A model generated the notes under the pieces. That model searched no databases. It worked only from the letters and a program-made list of their open reading frames with translations, and was not told the origin of the DNA. From the NCBI GenBank assembly GCA_944389385.1, contig CALXMC010000001.1, positions 189,303 to 253,302 of the forward strand: a stretch of 64,000 nucleotides of DNA. Direction: 5' to 3'. Origin of the DNA: an uncultured Alphaproteobacteria bacterium. Its GTDB lineage: Bacteria > Pseudomonadota > Alphaproteobacteria > Rs-D84. Position numbers and translations under genes: made by a program. Below, in pieces: positions 20,761 to 31,236 of the stretch. Position 1 is the first letter of the stretch. Every line of letters begins with the position of its first letter.

Positions 20761-20947
20761 TTGTCATTCCCGCGCCCGGGGTCCCCGCAAATACGAACGT
20801 ATTTGTGGGGTGGTTAAGGCGGGAATAGGGTCTATTAAATTTGTTATGTGGATTACATATAAATAAAAACACAACGCTGAATTATTCCCCTGATTAAATA
20901 ACTAATAACAACCCAAGCCCTATTCCCGCCTGCGCGGGAATGACAAA
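20761..20947. mobile_element. MITE-like element with 15-bp perfect terminal inverted repeats and nested internal palindromes
   Basis: TTGTCATTCCCGCGC … GCGCGGGAATGACAA termini; inner IR GGCGGGAATAGGG/CCCTATTCCCGCC; internal hairpin CCCCGCAAATAC-GAAC-GTATTTGTGGGG; right end reads ATTCCC-N8-GGGAAT. Confidence 0.5.
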
Positions 20948-20970
20948 CATAGTAAATACGTGATTATATT

Positions 20971-21291
20971 TTATACATCGACCATATTTTTTATATATTC
21001 ATCCAGCCCGACGGCCAAATCATCCCAATTGGGATTCATTGTTTCTATTAACCTATATTTCCAAGCGCGATTCCATTTTTTTAATATCTTTTCGCGTTTT
21101 ATAGCGTCGTCTATGTATTTGTAATGTTCAAAATATGCCAACTTATCAATTTTATGTGTTTTTGTATATCCGCGAATTAACCCCATTTTATGTTCTATCA
21201 TACGGCGTTCCAGATTATTTGTAACGCCAATATAGGTTGCCTTGGCGCGTTCATTAAATAATATATAAACCCAGAAATGATATTCTTTCAT
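20971..21291 (-). CDS. GIY-YIG nuclease family protein (YhbQ/UPF0213-like small endonuclease)
   Basis: …YHFWVYILFNERAKATYIGVTNNLERRMIEHKMG…YTKTHKIDKLAYFEHYKYIDDAIKREKILKKW… GIY-YIG pattern; an alternative upstream start at 21327 is possible. Confidence 0.65.
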   Translation of the reverse strand: MKEYHFWVYILFNERAKATYIGVTNNLERRMIEHKMGLIRGYTKTHKIDKLAYFEHYKYIDDAIKREKILKKWNRAWKYRLIETMNPNWDDLAVGLDEYIKNMVDV

Positions 21292-21363
21292 ATAATACAG
21301 AGTATAAAAAATACTCTTATATAACAATAATTTTAGTTCATAAATATAACGAAAATTTTTAAC

Positions 21364-21393
21364 AAAAACACCGGCGATTGCCGGTGTTTTTTT
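21364..21393. terminator. Bidirectional intrinsic terminator (CACCGGC…GCCGGTG family)
   Basis: AAAAACACCGGCGATTGCCGGTGTTTTTTT between the GIY-YIG gene and accC. Confidence 0.65.
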
Positions 21394-22750
21394 ATTTCTT
21401 TTCTTTTTCAGATTTCAAATAAGATTCCAACCAATGATTATCAAAATTCAGCGTTTTTACATCGCGATTTTTTAATAATTTTTGCTGTAACGGAATCGTT
21501 GTTTTTACGCCTTCGATAACAAATTCGTCCAACGCACGTGTTGCACGCATTATGCACGCCGGCCGCGACGGCGCATGCACAATCAATTTTGCAATCATAG
21601 AATCGTATGTCGGCGGAATAGTGTATCCTGTATAAACGGCACTATCCACGCGCACGCCCATCCCACCCGACGGCGCATACAGCGTTATTTTGCCCGGATT
21701 TGGGATAAAGTTTTCTGGGTCTTCGGCATTTATGCGGAATTCAATCGCATGACCGTGTGGAACGACATTAGATTGCGTATATCCCAATTTTTCACCGGCC
21801 GCGACGCGAATCTGTTCGCGCACCAAATCAACACCATAAACCATTTCAGTAACAGGATGTTCAACCTGCAAACGCGTATTCATTTCCAAGAAATAAAATT
21901 TGCCATCTTCGAACATAAATTCGAACGTACCCGCATTGACATATCCCATTTTTTTTGCGGCGTTTTTACAGATTTCAATCATATCGTCGCGCTGTTTCTG
22001 GGTCAGAATTGCGGCGGGGCATTCCTCCATAACTTTTTGATTTTTGCGTTGCAGCGAACAATCGCGTTCGCCAAAAATCACAACATTGCCATGTGTATCG
22101 CCCAATACCTGGAATTCAATATGACGCGGATGCAACAATAATTTTTCCATATACAGTGTATCATCGCCGAATCCAGATTTAGCCTCGTTCTTTGTCATTT
22201 GAAACGCTTCGGCCATCTGGTCGGCATTCATAACCGGACGAATGCCGCGCCCACCGCCACCTGCGGCGGCCTTTAACATAACGGGATAACCGATTTTTTC
22301 GGCCCACGCATACGCATCTTCCAACGTTTCAACCGCGCCATCAGACCCCGGCACAACGGGCAATCCGCATTCGATAGCGGTGCGTTTTGCATTAACTTTA
22401 TCGCCCATTTTTTCAATCATGGCGGCCGACGGCCCAATCCAGATTAAACCATGTTGTTCAACTTTCTGGGCAAAATCTGCACGTTCGGATAAAAATCCGT
22501 AACCCGGGTGAATTGCGTCCGAATTGGTCAATAACGCCGCGGTTAAAATCGCAGATTCATTCAGATAAGAATCCTTGCTGGGGCCCGGACCGATACACAC
22601 AGATTCGTCCGCCAATTGTACATGCATGGCGTTTTTATCGATGGTTGAATATACTGCAACCGTGCGAATACCCATATCGCGGCACGCGCGAATAATACGC
22701 AGCGCGATTTCCCCGCGATTGGCAATCAAGACTTTTTTTATTTGAGACAT
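21392..22750 (-). CDS. accC: Acetyl-CoA carboxylase biotin carboxylase subunit
   Basis: MSQIKKVLIANRGEIALRIIRACRDMGI… ATP-grasp, 452 aa. Confidence 0.93.
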   Translation of the reverse strand: MSQIKKVLIANRGEIALRIIRACRDMGIRTVAVYSTIDKNAMHVQLADESVCIGPGPSKDSYLNESAILTAALLTNSDAIHPGYGFLSERADFAQKVEQHGLIWIGPSAAMIEKMGDKVNAKRTAIECGLPVVPGSDGAVETLEDAYAWAEKIGYPVMLKAAAGGGGRGIRPVMNADQMAEAFQMTKNEAKSGFGDDTLYMEKLLLHPRHIEFQVLGDTHGNVVIFGERDCSLQRKNQKVMEECPAAILTQKQRDDMIEICKNAAKKMGYVNAGTFEFMFEDGKFYFLEMNTRLQVEHPVTEMVYGVDLVREQIRVAAGEKLGYTQSNVVPHGHAIEFRINAEDPENFIPNPGKITLYAPSGGMGVRVDSAVYTGYTIPPTYDSMIAKLIVHAPSRPACIMRATRALDEFVIEGVKTTIPLQQKLLKNRDVKTLNFDNHWLESYLKSEKEKK

Positions 22751-22758
22751 TTTTTTAA

Positions 22759-23211
22759 TTATTCAATAACAATAATCGGTTGATCGAATTCCACGGCTTG
22801 GCCATCGGAAACCAAGATTTCTTTTACCACGCCGTCTTTATCAGATTTAATCGGGTTAAATGTTTTCATGGCCTCGATTAAAGCGACCGTATCGCCGGCC
22901 TTGATTTGTGCGCCGACCGATGTAAATGGCTTTGCGCCGGGCTCCGGGGCCAAATAAGCAACGCCCACCATTGGCGATTTTAACGCATAACCATTAACGG
23001 CATTTTCGCCGCCGGCCGGTTCGCTGTTTGTGTTTTTGGATTCAGCCGCCACCGGAAAATTCGGCATAGCAACGGCGGCCGCCTGCTGTTTAGACAGGTG
23101 AATATGTTTGCGATAAACGCCAAACAAAAACTGGCGTTCCAAATCCAATTCAGTAATCCCCATTTCATCCATTATTTTCGACATAGACTCAACGGTTGCA
23201 CGAAATGACAT
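22759..23211 (-). CDS. accB: Acetyl-CoA carboxylase biotin carboxyl carrier protein
   Basis: C-terminal biotinyl domain …ALIEAMKTFNPIKSDKDGVVKEILV…; directly upstream of accC. Confidence 0.88.
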   Translation of the reverse strand: MSFRATVESMSKIMDEMGITELDLERQFLFGVYRKHIHLSKQQAAAVAMPNFPVAAESKNTNSEPAGGENAVNGYALKSPMVGVAYLAPEPGAKPFTSVGAQIKAGDTVALIEAMKTFNPIKSDKDGVVKEILVSDGQAVEFDQPIIVIE

Positions 23212-23306
23212 TTTTAATCCTTTGTTATATATCCATACTTTCTTTTATATCAGAATTTGTCCTGAATTTCAACGTAACTGAAATTCTAGCACAATCGGCG
23301 CGCATG

Positions 23307-23543
23307 TCAAGGAACGGGATCATACCCAAATCCACCGCCCGGTCGACAGCGTAAAATTCGTCGCAATCCCATAATTGTCCCGCGCCAAACACCATATTTT
23401 GCGATTGCAGTTGCGGTATATTCGCTGCACGTTGGGGTAAATCGGCACGCCGCGCGCCCACCAATAAATGGTGATATGCACAATTGGTACATTCGCACCA
23501 ACGATACAGCTATCTTTTGAAAAATGTTATTTTTTTGTCGCAT
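23307..23543 (-). CDS. yidD: Membrane protein insertion efficiency factor YidD
   Basis: …YQLCISPFIGGRAACRFTPTCSEYTATAIAKYG…RCRPGGGFGYDPVP DUF37 signature; overlaps rnpA 3' end. Confidence 0.85.
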   Translation of the reverse strand: MRQKNNIFQKIAVSLVRMYQLCISPFIGGRAACRFTPTCSEYTATAIAKYGVWRGTIMGLRRILRCRPGGGFGYDPVP

Positions 23544-23871
23544 TTAATTTTTTGATATATGCCAAAGCCTTGCGCATGGCGGTACGCCCCGCATCGCGGG
23601 TCGCATTCAATATGCCGTGACGTGCAACGAAAACATAATCCAGGTTGTCGCACAACAAATCTTCGTGATGCCGAATCCAATCACGCAGCAAACGTTTTGC
23701 CCGATTGCGATGCACCGCCAATTTGAACGTGCGCTTTGTCGCGGTAATTCCATATCGCGCGTCGCCTGGGAATTTAGTCGGCATTCCACGCACATAGAAA
23801 AATTCACTTTGCGCGTTTATATCATTTTCACCCAGCAAAAAATCTTCATGTTTTTTAATAGTATTTCGCAT
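23527..23871 (-). CDS. rnpA: Ribonuclease P protein component
   Basis: 114 aa basic protein with RnpA motif (…KLAVHRNRAKRLLRDWIR…); yidD immediately downstream; no rpmH seen upstream. Confidence 0.8.
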   Translation of the reverse strand: MRNTIKKHEDFLLGENDINAQSEFFYVRGMPTKFPGDARYGITATKRTFKLAVHRNRAKRLLRDWIRHHEDLLCDNLDYVFVARHGILNATRDAGRTAMRKALAYIKKLNATKK

Positions 23872-23912
23872 AACGACGGTAATATTACCATAATATCGGC
23901 ATAATCAAATAA

Positions 23913-25055
<1,143 letters not shown>

Positions 25056-25058
<3 letters not shown>

Positions 25059-25088
25059 AAAAAACACCGGCAAATGCCGGTGTTTTTT
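25056..25088. terminator. Bidirectional intrinsic terminator (AACACCGGCAAATGCCGGTGTT)
   Basis: A8-CACCGGCAAATGCCGGTG-T6 between convergent mreB and the ABC permease. Confidence 0.7.
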
Positions 25089-26304
25089 ATTCATAACGTA
25101 AACTGTCAATCGGGTTTAATTTTGCGGCCTTCATTGCCGGCATAACGCCGGACGCCAACCCGACAACCACTGCGACCGTAACGGATACTATTACCGGCCA
25201 CATACTGAACGGCACTTCGTAATCCATTATGAAACGCCCGACACCCTGGGACAGACCAACACCCAATACCAATCCAATCATAGACCCCATAAACGATATC
25301 AAAATCGCTTCGGACAAGAACTGGATGATGATATGTTTTTCGCGTGCGCCAATGGCTTTGCGTATGCCAATTTCGCGCGTGCGTTCCGCAACCGACACCA
25401 ACATCATATTCATAATGCCAATTGATCCCACCAACAGCGACACCGCCGCAATCGCGATTAACAGCATTGTCATATAACCGGTTACGGTATCCATGGCCTC
25501 CATAACTTGTTTCATATCCATAATTTGGAAATCATCGGCTTCGTCATCGGCCAATTTATGCCGGTCGCGCAGCAGTGCGGTTATCTGTTCAATTGCCAAC
25601 GCGTTATCTGCATTATCAGTCAGTTTCAATGTGACCATATTAACCGAGTTTGGAAAACGGCTGCCCTGCAAACGTTTTTTCAGTGTGGTAATTGGGATAA
25701 TAATCATATCGTCCTGGCTGCCCATTGTGGAATCGCCGCGTTCTTTTGTGACGCCGATAATGGTAAAGGGCATATTTTGCACGCGGATAATTTCGCCAAC
25801 TGGGTTTTCAGGCATTTGTAATTCTTCGGCCGTCTGGGGTCCGATAATGGCGTATGTTGAACCATTGCGCACGGCAGACTGATTAAAAAACGTGCCGTAT
25901 TTCATTTCCAGATTTTGCACTTGTTCATAACCTGGGTATGCACCAACCATGGACGTTGCCCAGTTTTGATTACCATAAATAACCTGGGCGGCGGCATTTT
26001 GTACGGGACTGAATGCGGCGACATCGGGCAATTGACCGATGAATTCAGCATCTTGGATAGTTAAAGTTTGTCGATTTCCCGTACGCACCCCCGCGCTTTG
26101 CGCCGCGCCTGCGCGAATCATAATTGTCCCAGTCCCCAAGGACGAAAACTGGTCGCTGATTTGTTTTGACACCGTTTCACCAACTGCAACCATTATCACC
26201 ACGGCCATAACGCCGATAATAATACCCAACACGGTTAAAAAAGAACGAACCTTATTCCCGCTGATGGACAGCCAAGATTCTTTGAAAATATCATTAAAAG
26301 TCAT
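25087..26304 (-). CDS. ABC transporter permease, MacB/FtsX family
   Basis: 405 aa; N-terminal TM, large periplasmic domain, C-terminal FtsX-like 3-TM bundle; downstream of cognate ATPase. Confidence 0.82.
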   Translation of the reverse strand: MTFNDIFKESWLSISGNKVRSFLTVLGIIIGVMAVVIMVAVGETVSKQISDQFSSLGTGTIMIRAGAAQSAGVRTGNRQTLTIQDAEFIGQLPDVAAFSPVQNAAAQVIYGNQNWATSMVGAYPGYEQVQNLEMKYGTFFNQSAVRNGSTYAIIGPQTAEELQMPENPVGEIIRVQNMPFTIIGVTKERGDSTMGSQDDMIIIPITTLKKRLQGSRFPNSVNMVTLKLTDNADNALAIEQITALLRDRHKLADDEADDFQIMDMKQVMEAMDTVTGYMTMLLIAIAAVSLLVGSIGIMNMMLVSVAERTREIGIRKAIGAREKHIIIQFLSEAILISFMGSMIGLVLGVGLSQGVGRFIMDYEVPFSMWPVIVSVTVAVVVGLASGVMPAMKAAKLNPIDSLRYE

Positions 26305-26327
26305 TTTACGCGTCCCCTGTTTTGAAA

Positions 26328-27071
26328 TTATTTTTGTAACACGCGCTCGTCACGTGGCACGCGTCCATCGTAAGTTATGCGTCCGTCATATATGTGAATC
26401 AAACGATTTGAATATTGGGCAATTTCAAATTCGTGGGTAATCATAACGATTGTAATGCCCATTTCTTGGTTTAATTTTTTGAAGAATGTTAAAATATCAT
26501 TTCCCATTTTACTGTCCAACGCACCAGTCGGCTCGTCCGCCAGAATCAGTTTGGGATTGCCCGCCAAAGCACGCGCGATGGCAACACGTTGTTTCATCCC
26601 ACCCGACAATTGCGTTGGCAAATAAGATTCAAAATTTTCCAATCCGACACGCTTTAACATCTCACGCGCACGTGATATACGTTCATCCATCGGCAAACCG
26701 CGATACATCAAAGGCAGCATCACATTATCCAACACACTGCGTTTGGCCAATAAATTAAATTGCTGGAACACAAACCCGATATATTCATTACGAACAACGG
26801 CCAATTCATCAGACGTCAAATGCGTTACGTCCCGCCCGTACAGTTCGTATGTGCCACTGGTTGGTGTATCCAACGCGCCGATTATGTTCATACAAGTGGA
26901 TTTACCACTGCCCGACGGGCCCATAATGGATACAAATTCACCCTGATGCACATCGAATGTTATATCGAATAAAACCTGCTGCTCGCCACCCATTTCAACC
27001 GGGAAACTTTTACAGATTTTCTTCATAGAAATAATTTTTACATCATCAGATTTTGTGGATTTTTTCTTCAT
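26328..27071 (-). CDS. ABC transporter ATP-binding protein (MacB-type ATPase)
   Basis: Walker A GPSGSGKST, signature LSGGMKQRVAIARAL, Walker B ILADEPTGALD; start at MKKKSTKS (27071), long upstream extension overlapping macA rejected. Confidence 0.85.
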   Translation of the reverse strand: MKKKSTKSDDVKIISMKKICKSFPVEMGGEQQVLFDITFDVHQGEFVSIMGPSGSGKSTCMNIIGALDTPTSGTYELYGRDVTHLTSDELAVVRNEYIGFVFQQFNLLAKRSVLDNVMLPLMYRGLPMDERISRAREMLKRVGLENFESYLPTQLSGGMKQRVAIARALAGNPKLILADEPTGALDSKMGNDILTFFKKLNQEMGITIVMITHEFEIAQYSNRLIHIYDGRITYDGRVPRDERVLQK

Positions 27072-27097
27072 ACTACATTCTCTTGCTTGTCCGGCAC

Positions 27098-27125
27098 ATT
27101 GTATCATTTTTTTACAAATTTGCAA
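27098..27125 (-). promoter_or_regulatory. Sigma70-like promoter for the ABC ATPase/permease genes
   Basis: On the minus strand TTGCAA-16 nt-TACAAT, about 20 nt upstream of the ATPase start and just after an internal terminator. Confidence 0.4.
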
Positions 27126-27146
27126 AGTTGTTACATGGTAAATAAT

Positions 27147-27175
27147 AAAAAAAACACCGGCAAATGCCGGTGTTA
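27147..27175. terminator. Intrinsic terminator hairpin (AACACCGGCAAATGCCGGTGTT) inside the efflux gene cluster
   Basis: On the minus strand the hairpin is followed by T8; located between the adaptor gene and the ATPase gene. Confidence 0.6.
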
Positions 27176-27180
27176 TAATA

Positions 27181-28362
27181 TTACCGTGGCGGTCCCATTC
27201 GTGCGGATCCGGTTGATGCCAATCCATACCGACCGAATATAATCCTGTCGCCATCCTGGATTTGGTCGGAAATAATCTCGGTCTCGGTTGCAGTAACCAA
27301 ACCTTTTTCGTATGGCACCAGTACAACGGTTTGCACACCATCAACCATGCGTTGGATTGCCAAATGGTCGGACGGTGTCGCATCACCTGCATTTTCGACA
27401 ATTCCGTCAAAATTGCGCAGTATTAACGCAGAATTTTGCACTTTCCATACGTCAATTTTTTCAGAGATTAAAATTGTCACGAACGCGGTCATACCGGGTT
27501 TCAGACGCAAATCAGAATTATCCACGTCAATGACCACGGTATATACCACAACGTTTGACGTAATTGTTGGTGACAAACGAACCTGGCGCACGGTGCCTTC
27601 GAACGTCTGGGTTGGATACGCATCAACCGTAAATGTCACGGGCAATCCTTCGGTAATCATACCAATGTCGGCCTCGGACACGGCGGTTTCAATTTGCATT
27701 TTCGATAAATCTTCGGCGATTTCGAACAAATCAGGCGTCTGGAACGATGCCGCAACGGTTTGCCCAACGTCAACCTGGCGTGAAATAACTGTGCCATCAA
27801 CGGGGGATGTAATCGTTGCATAACCCAAATTTGTTACCGCACGATCATATTGCGACTGCATACGTTTAACGGACTGTTCGGCTTGTTCGTATGTGGTCAA
27901 AGATTGTTCTAATTCGGCACGTGGAATAATATCGTCTTCGTATAATATTTTATTGCGTTCGTATTCACTTTTTGCATAGTTGCGTTGTGATTCTGCACTG
28001 ACCAGTGATGCCTTGGCTTCGTCCACTGATGCCTGTAATACGGACGGTTCGATTTCCAATAATACATCACCCTTTTTCACCTTGGAATTATAATCGACAT
28101 AAATCGCCTCGATGGTTCCACTGACCTGGGAACCAACGTTAATGGTGTTCAAAGGTTGAATTTCACCCGTTGCGGTCACAACCTGGCGCAGGTTTCCGCG
28201 CGATATTGTCGCAGTTGCAAATCCGGTGCCTTGGTTTTCACCACCACCCATAAAATACAGAAATCCACCCGCCACAACAATGAATAAAATAATCCACCAT
28301 TTACGACGCCGTACCCAGTTCCAAAATCTGTGTTGTTTCGGTTGTTTTTGTTCCTTATTCAT
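27181..28362 (-). CDS. Efflux periplasmic adaptor (HlyD/MacA family)
   Basis: N-terminal TM, biotinyl-lipoyl-like and coiled-coil hairpin regions, 393 aa; between TolC-like and ABC genes. Confidence 0.82.
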   Translation of the reverse strand: MNKEQKQPKQHRFWNWVRRRKWWIILFIVVAGGFLYFMGGGENQGTGFATATISRGNLRQVVTATGEIQPLNTINVGSQVSGTIEAIYVDYNSKVKKGDVLLEIEPSVLQASVDEAKASLVSAESQRNYAKSEYERNKILYEDDIIPRAELEQSLTTYEQAEQSVKRMQSQYDRAVTNLGYATITSPVDGTVISRQVDVGQTVAASFQTPDLFEIAEDLSKMQIETAVSEADIGMITEGLPVTFTVDAYPTQTFEGTVRQVRLSPTITSNVVVYTVVIDVDNSDLRLKPGMTAFVTILISEKIDVWKVQNSALILRNFDGIVENAGDATPSDHLAIQRMVDGVQTVVLVPYEKGLVTATETEIISDQIQDGDRIIFGRYGLASTGSARMGPPR

Positions 28363-29695
28363 CTGTCGATTCCCCCTCGTCCTTGATTAAGCCATCTTTT
28401 ATATCGCCTATTGACAACGCCAACGCGGCACGTTTGGTAAACAAATCATATTTGGCCGCATTATTTTGTTTATGCGCATCAGCCAGGTCAGCCAAAGCCT
28501 GCTGCCAATCCAACATGGTTGCTTTACCAACCTTGTACATACTGGCGGTAACGTTTTCTGTTTCGCGCGCAGACTCCAATAACGTTTCGGTTTGCTTTAA
28601 CACAGTTTGCGCAGTTTTATAATTCTGATACGCGCTGAACACGTCCAACATCGCGTTATCCACGGTTTGGCGTTCTTGTTCGATTGCGCGTTCATAATTT
28701 GCCTGGGCGGCGCGACTGCTGTAAAAATTGGAAAATCCAGTAAATATTGGCATAGATGCACGGATACCGATGCTGCCGCTCCATTGGTCAGATCCGGCGT
28801 TATACACATCGGAAGGCGTGTTGTTCCACGATAAACTGCCACTTGCAGAAATTGTCGGCAGATTTGATAAAAACGTGCTGTTTCTGCGGTGCCATGCGGC
28901 ATCTTTGTTTGCGGTTGCACGCAGTAAATCAGGCCGCCGTTCGCGTGCGATTTCGATTAACTCGTCAATACTTTTGTTTTCATCCGCACTGCCAAATTCA
29001 GCGGACATATCAGCGATTTTTATATCTTGGTCGGCCGGAAAAGCCAACTTAGCCAACAATGTGCCCTTGGCAATTTCGCGATTATTTTTGGCGCGTTCCA
29101 AATCCAATTCGCTGCTGGCCAATGTAACCTCGGCCTTTAATACATCAGCCTTGGCCACAACGCCAGCCTTGTACTTTGTATCGGCCATATCCTTGGCGGT
29201 TTGTGATACTCGTTGTACGGCGTGCGCCGTAAATACATCGGCATTGGCGTTTAACAACGCGTAATACGCCCCAATAACACCATAGACATAATTTTGGACA
29301 GATTCGCTGTAATCAAATCCGGTTGCACGCCAAGTATCTATTAACTGGTTTATATCCGACAACCGTTTACCAAAATCAAATATCAAATAAGATGCAGAAA
29401 TCGATGCGCCATACGACCAATCTGCAAATTCGTTGTTACGATAAGGCAAACTGGCGGATGCAGACGCGCTGACCGACGGTAAATATTGTGAATACCCGGC
29501 ATTTTTATTAAAACGCGCAGATTCCAACGATAAATACGCCGCCGCCGTTTCAGGATTCCGGCACAGCCCCAGTTCAATAACCTGTTGTAAAGTTAATTCG
29601 CCATCTGGCACGGTTGTCATTGTACGACAATTATCTTCGCCTGCCATGGCGGTAATTGGCAGTATTGCCGCCAAAACTGTAAATATTTTCTTCAT
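28355..29695 (-). CDS. Outer-membrane efflux channel, TolC family
   Basis: 446 aa, signal peptide, two repeat halves with long coiled-coil segments typical of TolC/OprM; overlaps the adaptor gene. Confidence 0.8.
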   Translation of the reverse strand: MKKIFTVLAAILPITAMAGEDNCRTMTTVPDGELTLQQVIELGLCRNPETAAAYLSLESARFNKNAGYSQYLPSVSASASASLPYRNNEFADWSYGASISASYLIFDFGKRLSDINQLIDTWRATGFDYSESVQNYVYGVIGAYYALLNANADVFTAHAVQRVSQTAKDMADTKYKAGVVAKADVLKAEVTLASSELDLERAKNNREIAKGTLLAKLAFPADQDIKIADMSAEFGSADENKSIDELIEIARERRPDLLRATANKDAAWHRRNSTFLSNLPTISASGSLSWNNTPSDVYNAGSDQWSGSIGIRASMPIFTGFSNFYSSRAAQANYERAIEQERQTVDNAMLDVFSAYQNYKTAQTVLKQTETLLESARETENVTASMYKVGKATMLDWQQALADLADAHKQNNAAKYDLFTKRAALALSIGDIKDGLIKDEGESTDE

Positions 29696-29794
29696 GAATC
29701 AAACTCTCTCGTGTCAATTATATCACGTATAATACAATTTTTATGTTGAATTACAATTTTTTTTTGCTTAGTATAGTTCCACACCTTTCAGATT

Positions 29795-29868
29795 GGCCTG
29801 GTGGCAGAGTGGTTATGCAGAGGACTGCAAATCCTTGTATGCCGGTTCGATTCCGACCCAGGCCTCCA
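29795..29868 (+). tRNA. tRNA-Cys (anticodon GCA)
   Basis: GGCCTGG-TG-GCAGAGTGGTTATGC-AGAGGA CTGCAAA TCCTTGT-ATGCCGGTTCGATTCCGAC-CCAGGCC-T-CCA. Confidence 0.85.
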
Positions 29869-30104
29869 AAAAATAAAACGCCCCTGTGGCGTTTTGTTTT
29901 TTGGAAATATGGGATGTCATCGAACCGGCCCGGTTCGCATATGAGTCAGATTTTTCAAGCGCCCTGCGCGCCGAAAAAGCCATACGAATGGTGAGTCAAG
30001 TTGCGCCAGCAACGGTTTTTGCCGCACATGCCGGCAAAAATGCGAACTTTCCGACCCAGGCCTCCAAAAAATAAAACGCCCTTGTGGCGTTTTGTTTTTT
30101 GGAA
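29851..30104 (+). repeat. 56-bp tandem direct repeat (tRNA-Cys 3' end plus its terminator) flanking a 141-bp spacer
   Basis: TTCCGACCCAGGCCTCCAAAAAATAAAACGCCCYTGTGGCGTTTTGTTTTTTGGAA at 29851-29906 and again at 30048-30104. Confidence 0.75.
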
Positions 30105-30147
30105 GCAATCAGTTGTTTTTTTTATGCACCCGGTGTATTATCGGGCT

Positions 30148-31236
30148 ATGATTGAAACGATTACCCTTACTGATTTTCGTAACCATACCGCGTCCAGGAT
30201 TCAAACCCATGGTCGGCATAATATCATAATTACCGGACCCAACGGCGCGGGTAAAACCGCAGTACTGGAGGCGGTATCCATGTTATCGGGCGATCGTGGC
30301 ATGCGCGGTGCCGCAATGCCAGATATTGCGCGTTTCGGCGGTATGGGCGGATTTTCAGTGTTCGCGCAATTAAATGACAGCACGGAAATATCTGTATCAT
30401 TTACATCGGCTGATACCAATCGTCGTGCACGCGTTGATGGCGATGCGGCGCCGTTATCTGATTTATCTGCACGGTTGCGCATGGTGTGGGTAACCCCGCG
30501 CGAAGACAGGTTATTTATCGACGCGGCGGCCGATCGCAGGGCTTTTTTTGATCGTTTGGCGGCCGGCTTTGATGCGTTGCATACTGGGCGTACGGCGCGA
30601 TTTTCAAAACTGATGTCTGAACGTGCATTCGCGTTAAAGAATGGGCGCGACGGGCGGTGGTTGGATGCGTTGGACGCGCAAATTGCGGGCGTGGCCGTAT
30701 CCATTGCAGATGCACGTATACGCTATGCGGGGCAATTAAATTATTTTTTACAAAATTGCGCGGTGACAGTATCGGGCATAATCGAAAAAATGTTAATAGA
30801 TGGCCTGACGGCTGCCACGGCAGAACGCGAGTATTTGAATTATCTGCATGGGGCGCGTGATTTGGTTGGTGATAAAATGGTGGTTGATGGCCCGCATAAA
30901 TCAGATTTTGGCGTGTTTAACAAAAAATTAAATTTACCGGCCGAGTTAACCAGTACCGGCCAACAAAAAATGACGTTACTGGATTTAATCCTGGCGCATG
31001 CAAAGTTAATTCATGAAAAAACACACAATCGCCCAATTATTTTATTGGACGAGGCCGCCGCCCATCTGGATTCTGATGCGCGTGCGCGCTTGTTTGCTGA
31101 TTTGGCCACATCCGAAGCCCAGGTTTGGGCGACGGGTTTGGATGCGAATGTTTTTGCCGATGTATCCGATGCAGTATTTGTCACTTGCATGGATGGCGCA
31201 ATAAATAATATACTGTTACCGGGATTGGAAAAATGA
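30148..31236 (+). CDS. recF: DNA replication and repair protein RecF
   Basis: MIETITLTDFRNH…ITGPNGAGKTAVLEAV (Walker A) … C-terminal LLDEAAAHLD; upstream ORF extension covers the tRNA-derived repeat and is rejected. Confidence 0.88.
   Translation: MIETITLTDFRNHTASRIQTHGRHNIIITGPNGAGKTAVLEAVSMLSGDRGMRGAAMPDIARFGGMGGFSVFAQLNDSTEISVSFTSADTNRRARVDGDAAPLSDLSARLRMVWVTPREDRLFIDAAADRRAFFDRLAAGFDALHTGRTARFSKLMSERAFALKNGRDGRWLDALDAQIAGVAVSIADARIRYAGQLNYFLQNCAVTVSGIIEKMLIDGLTAATAEREYLNYLHGARDLVGDKMVVDGPHKSDFGVFNKKLNLPAELTSTGQQKMTLLDLILAHAKLIHEKTHNRPIILLDEAAAHLDSDARARLFADLATSEAQVWATGLDANVFADVSDAVFVTCMDGAINNILLPGLEK

Noticed and set aside
23225-23464. 79-aa ORF overlapping yidD on the same strand in another frame
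   Set aside because: It lies entirely within or overlaps the well-supported yidD gene, has no SD and no family resemblance. It is a spurious frame.
29743-30074. Short ORFs overlapping tRNA-Cys and its 3' repeats, and the N-terminal extension of recF (30001-30147)
   Set aside because: The translated sequence is simply the repeat read in frame (PRPPKNKTPLWRFVFW appears twice), so it is repeat-derived and not coding. The recF start is set at MIETITL.
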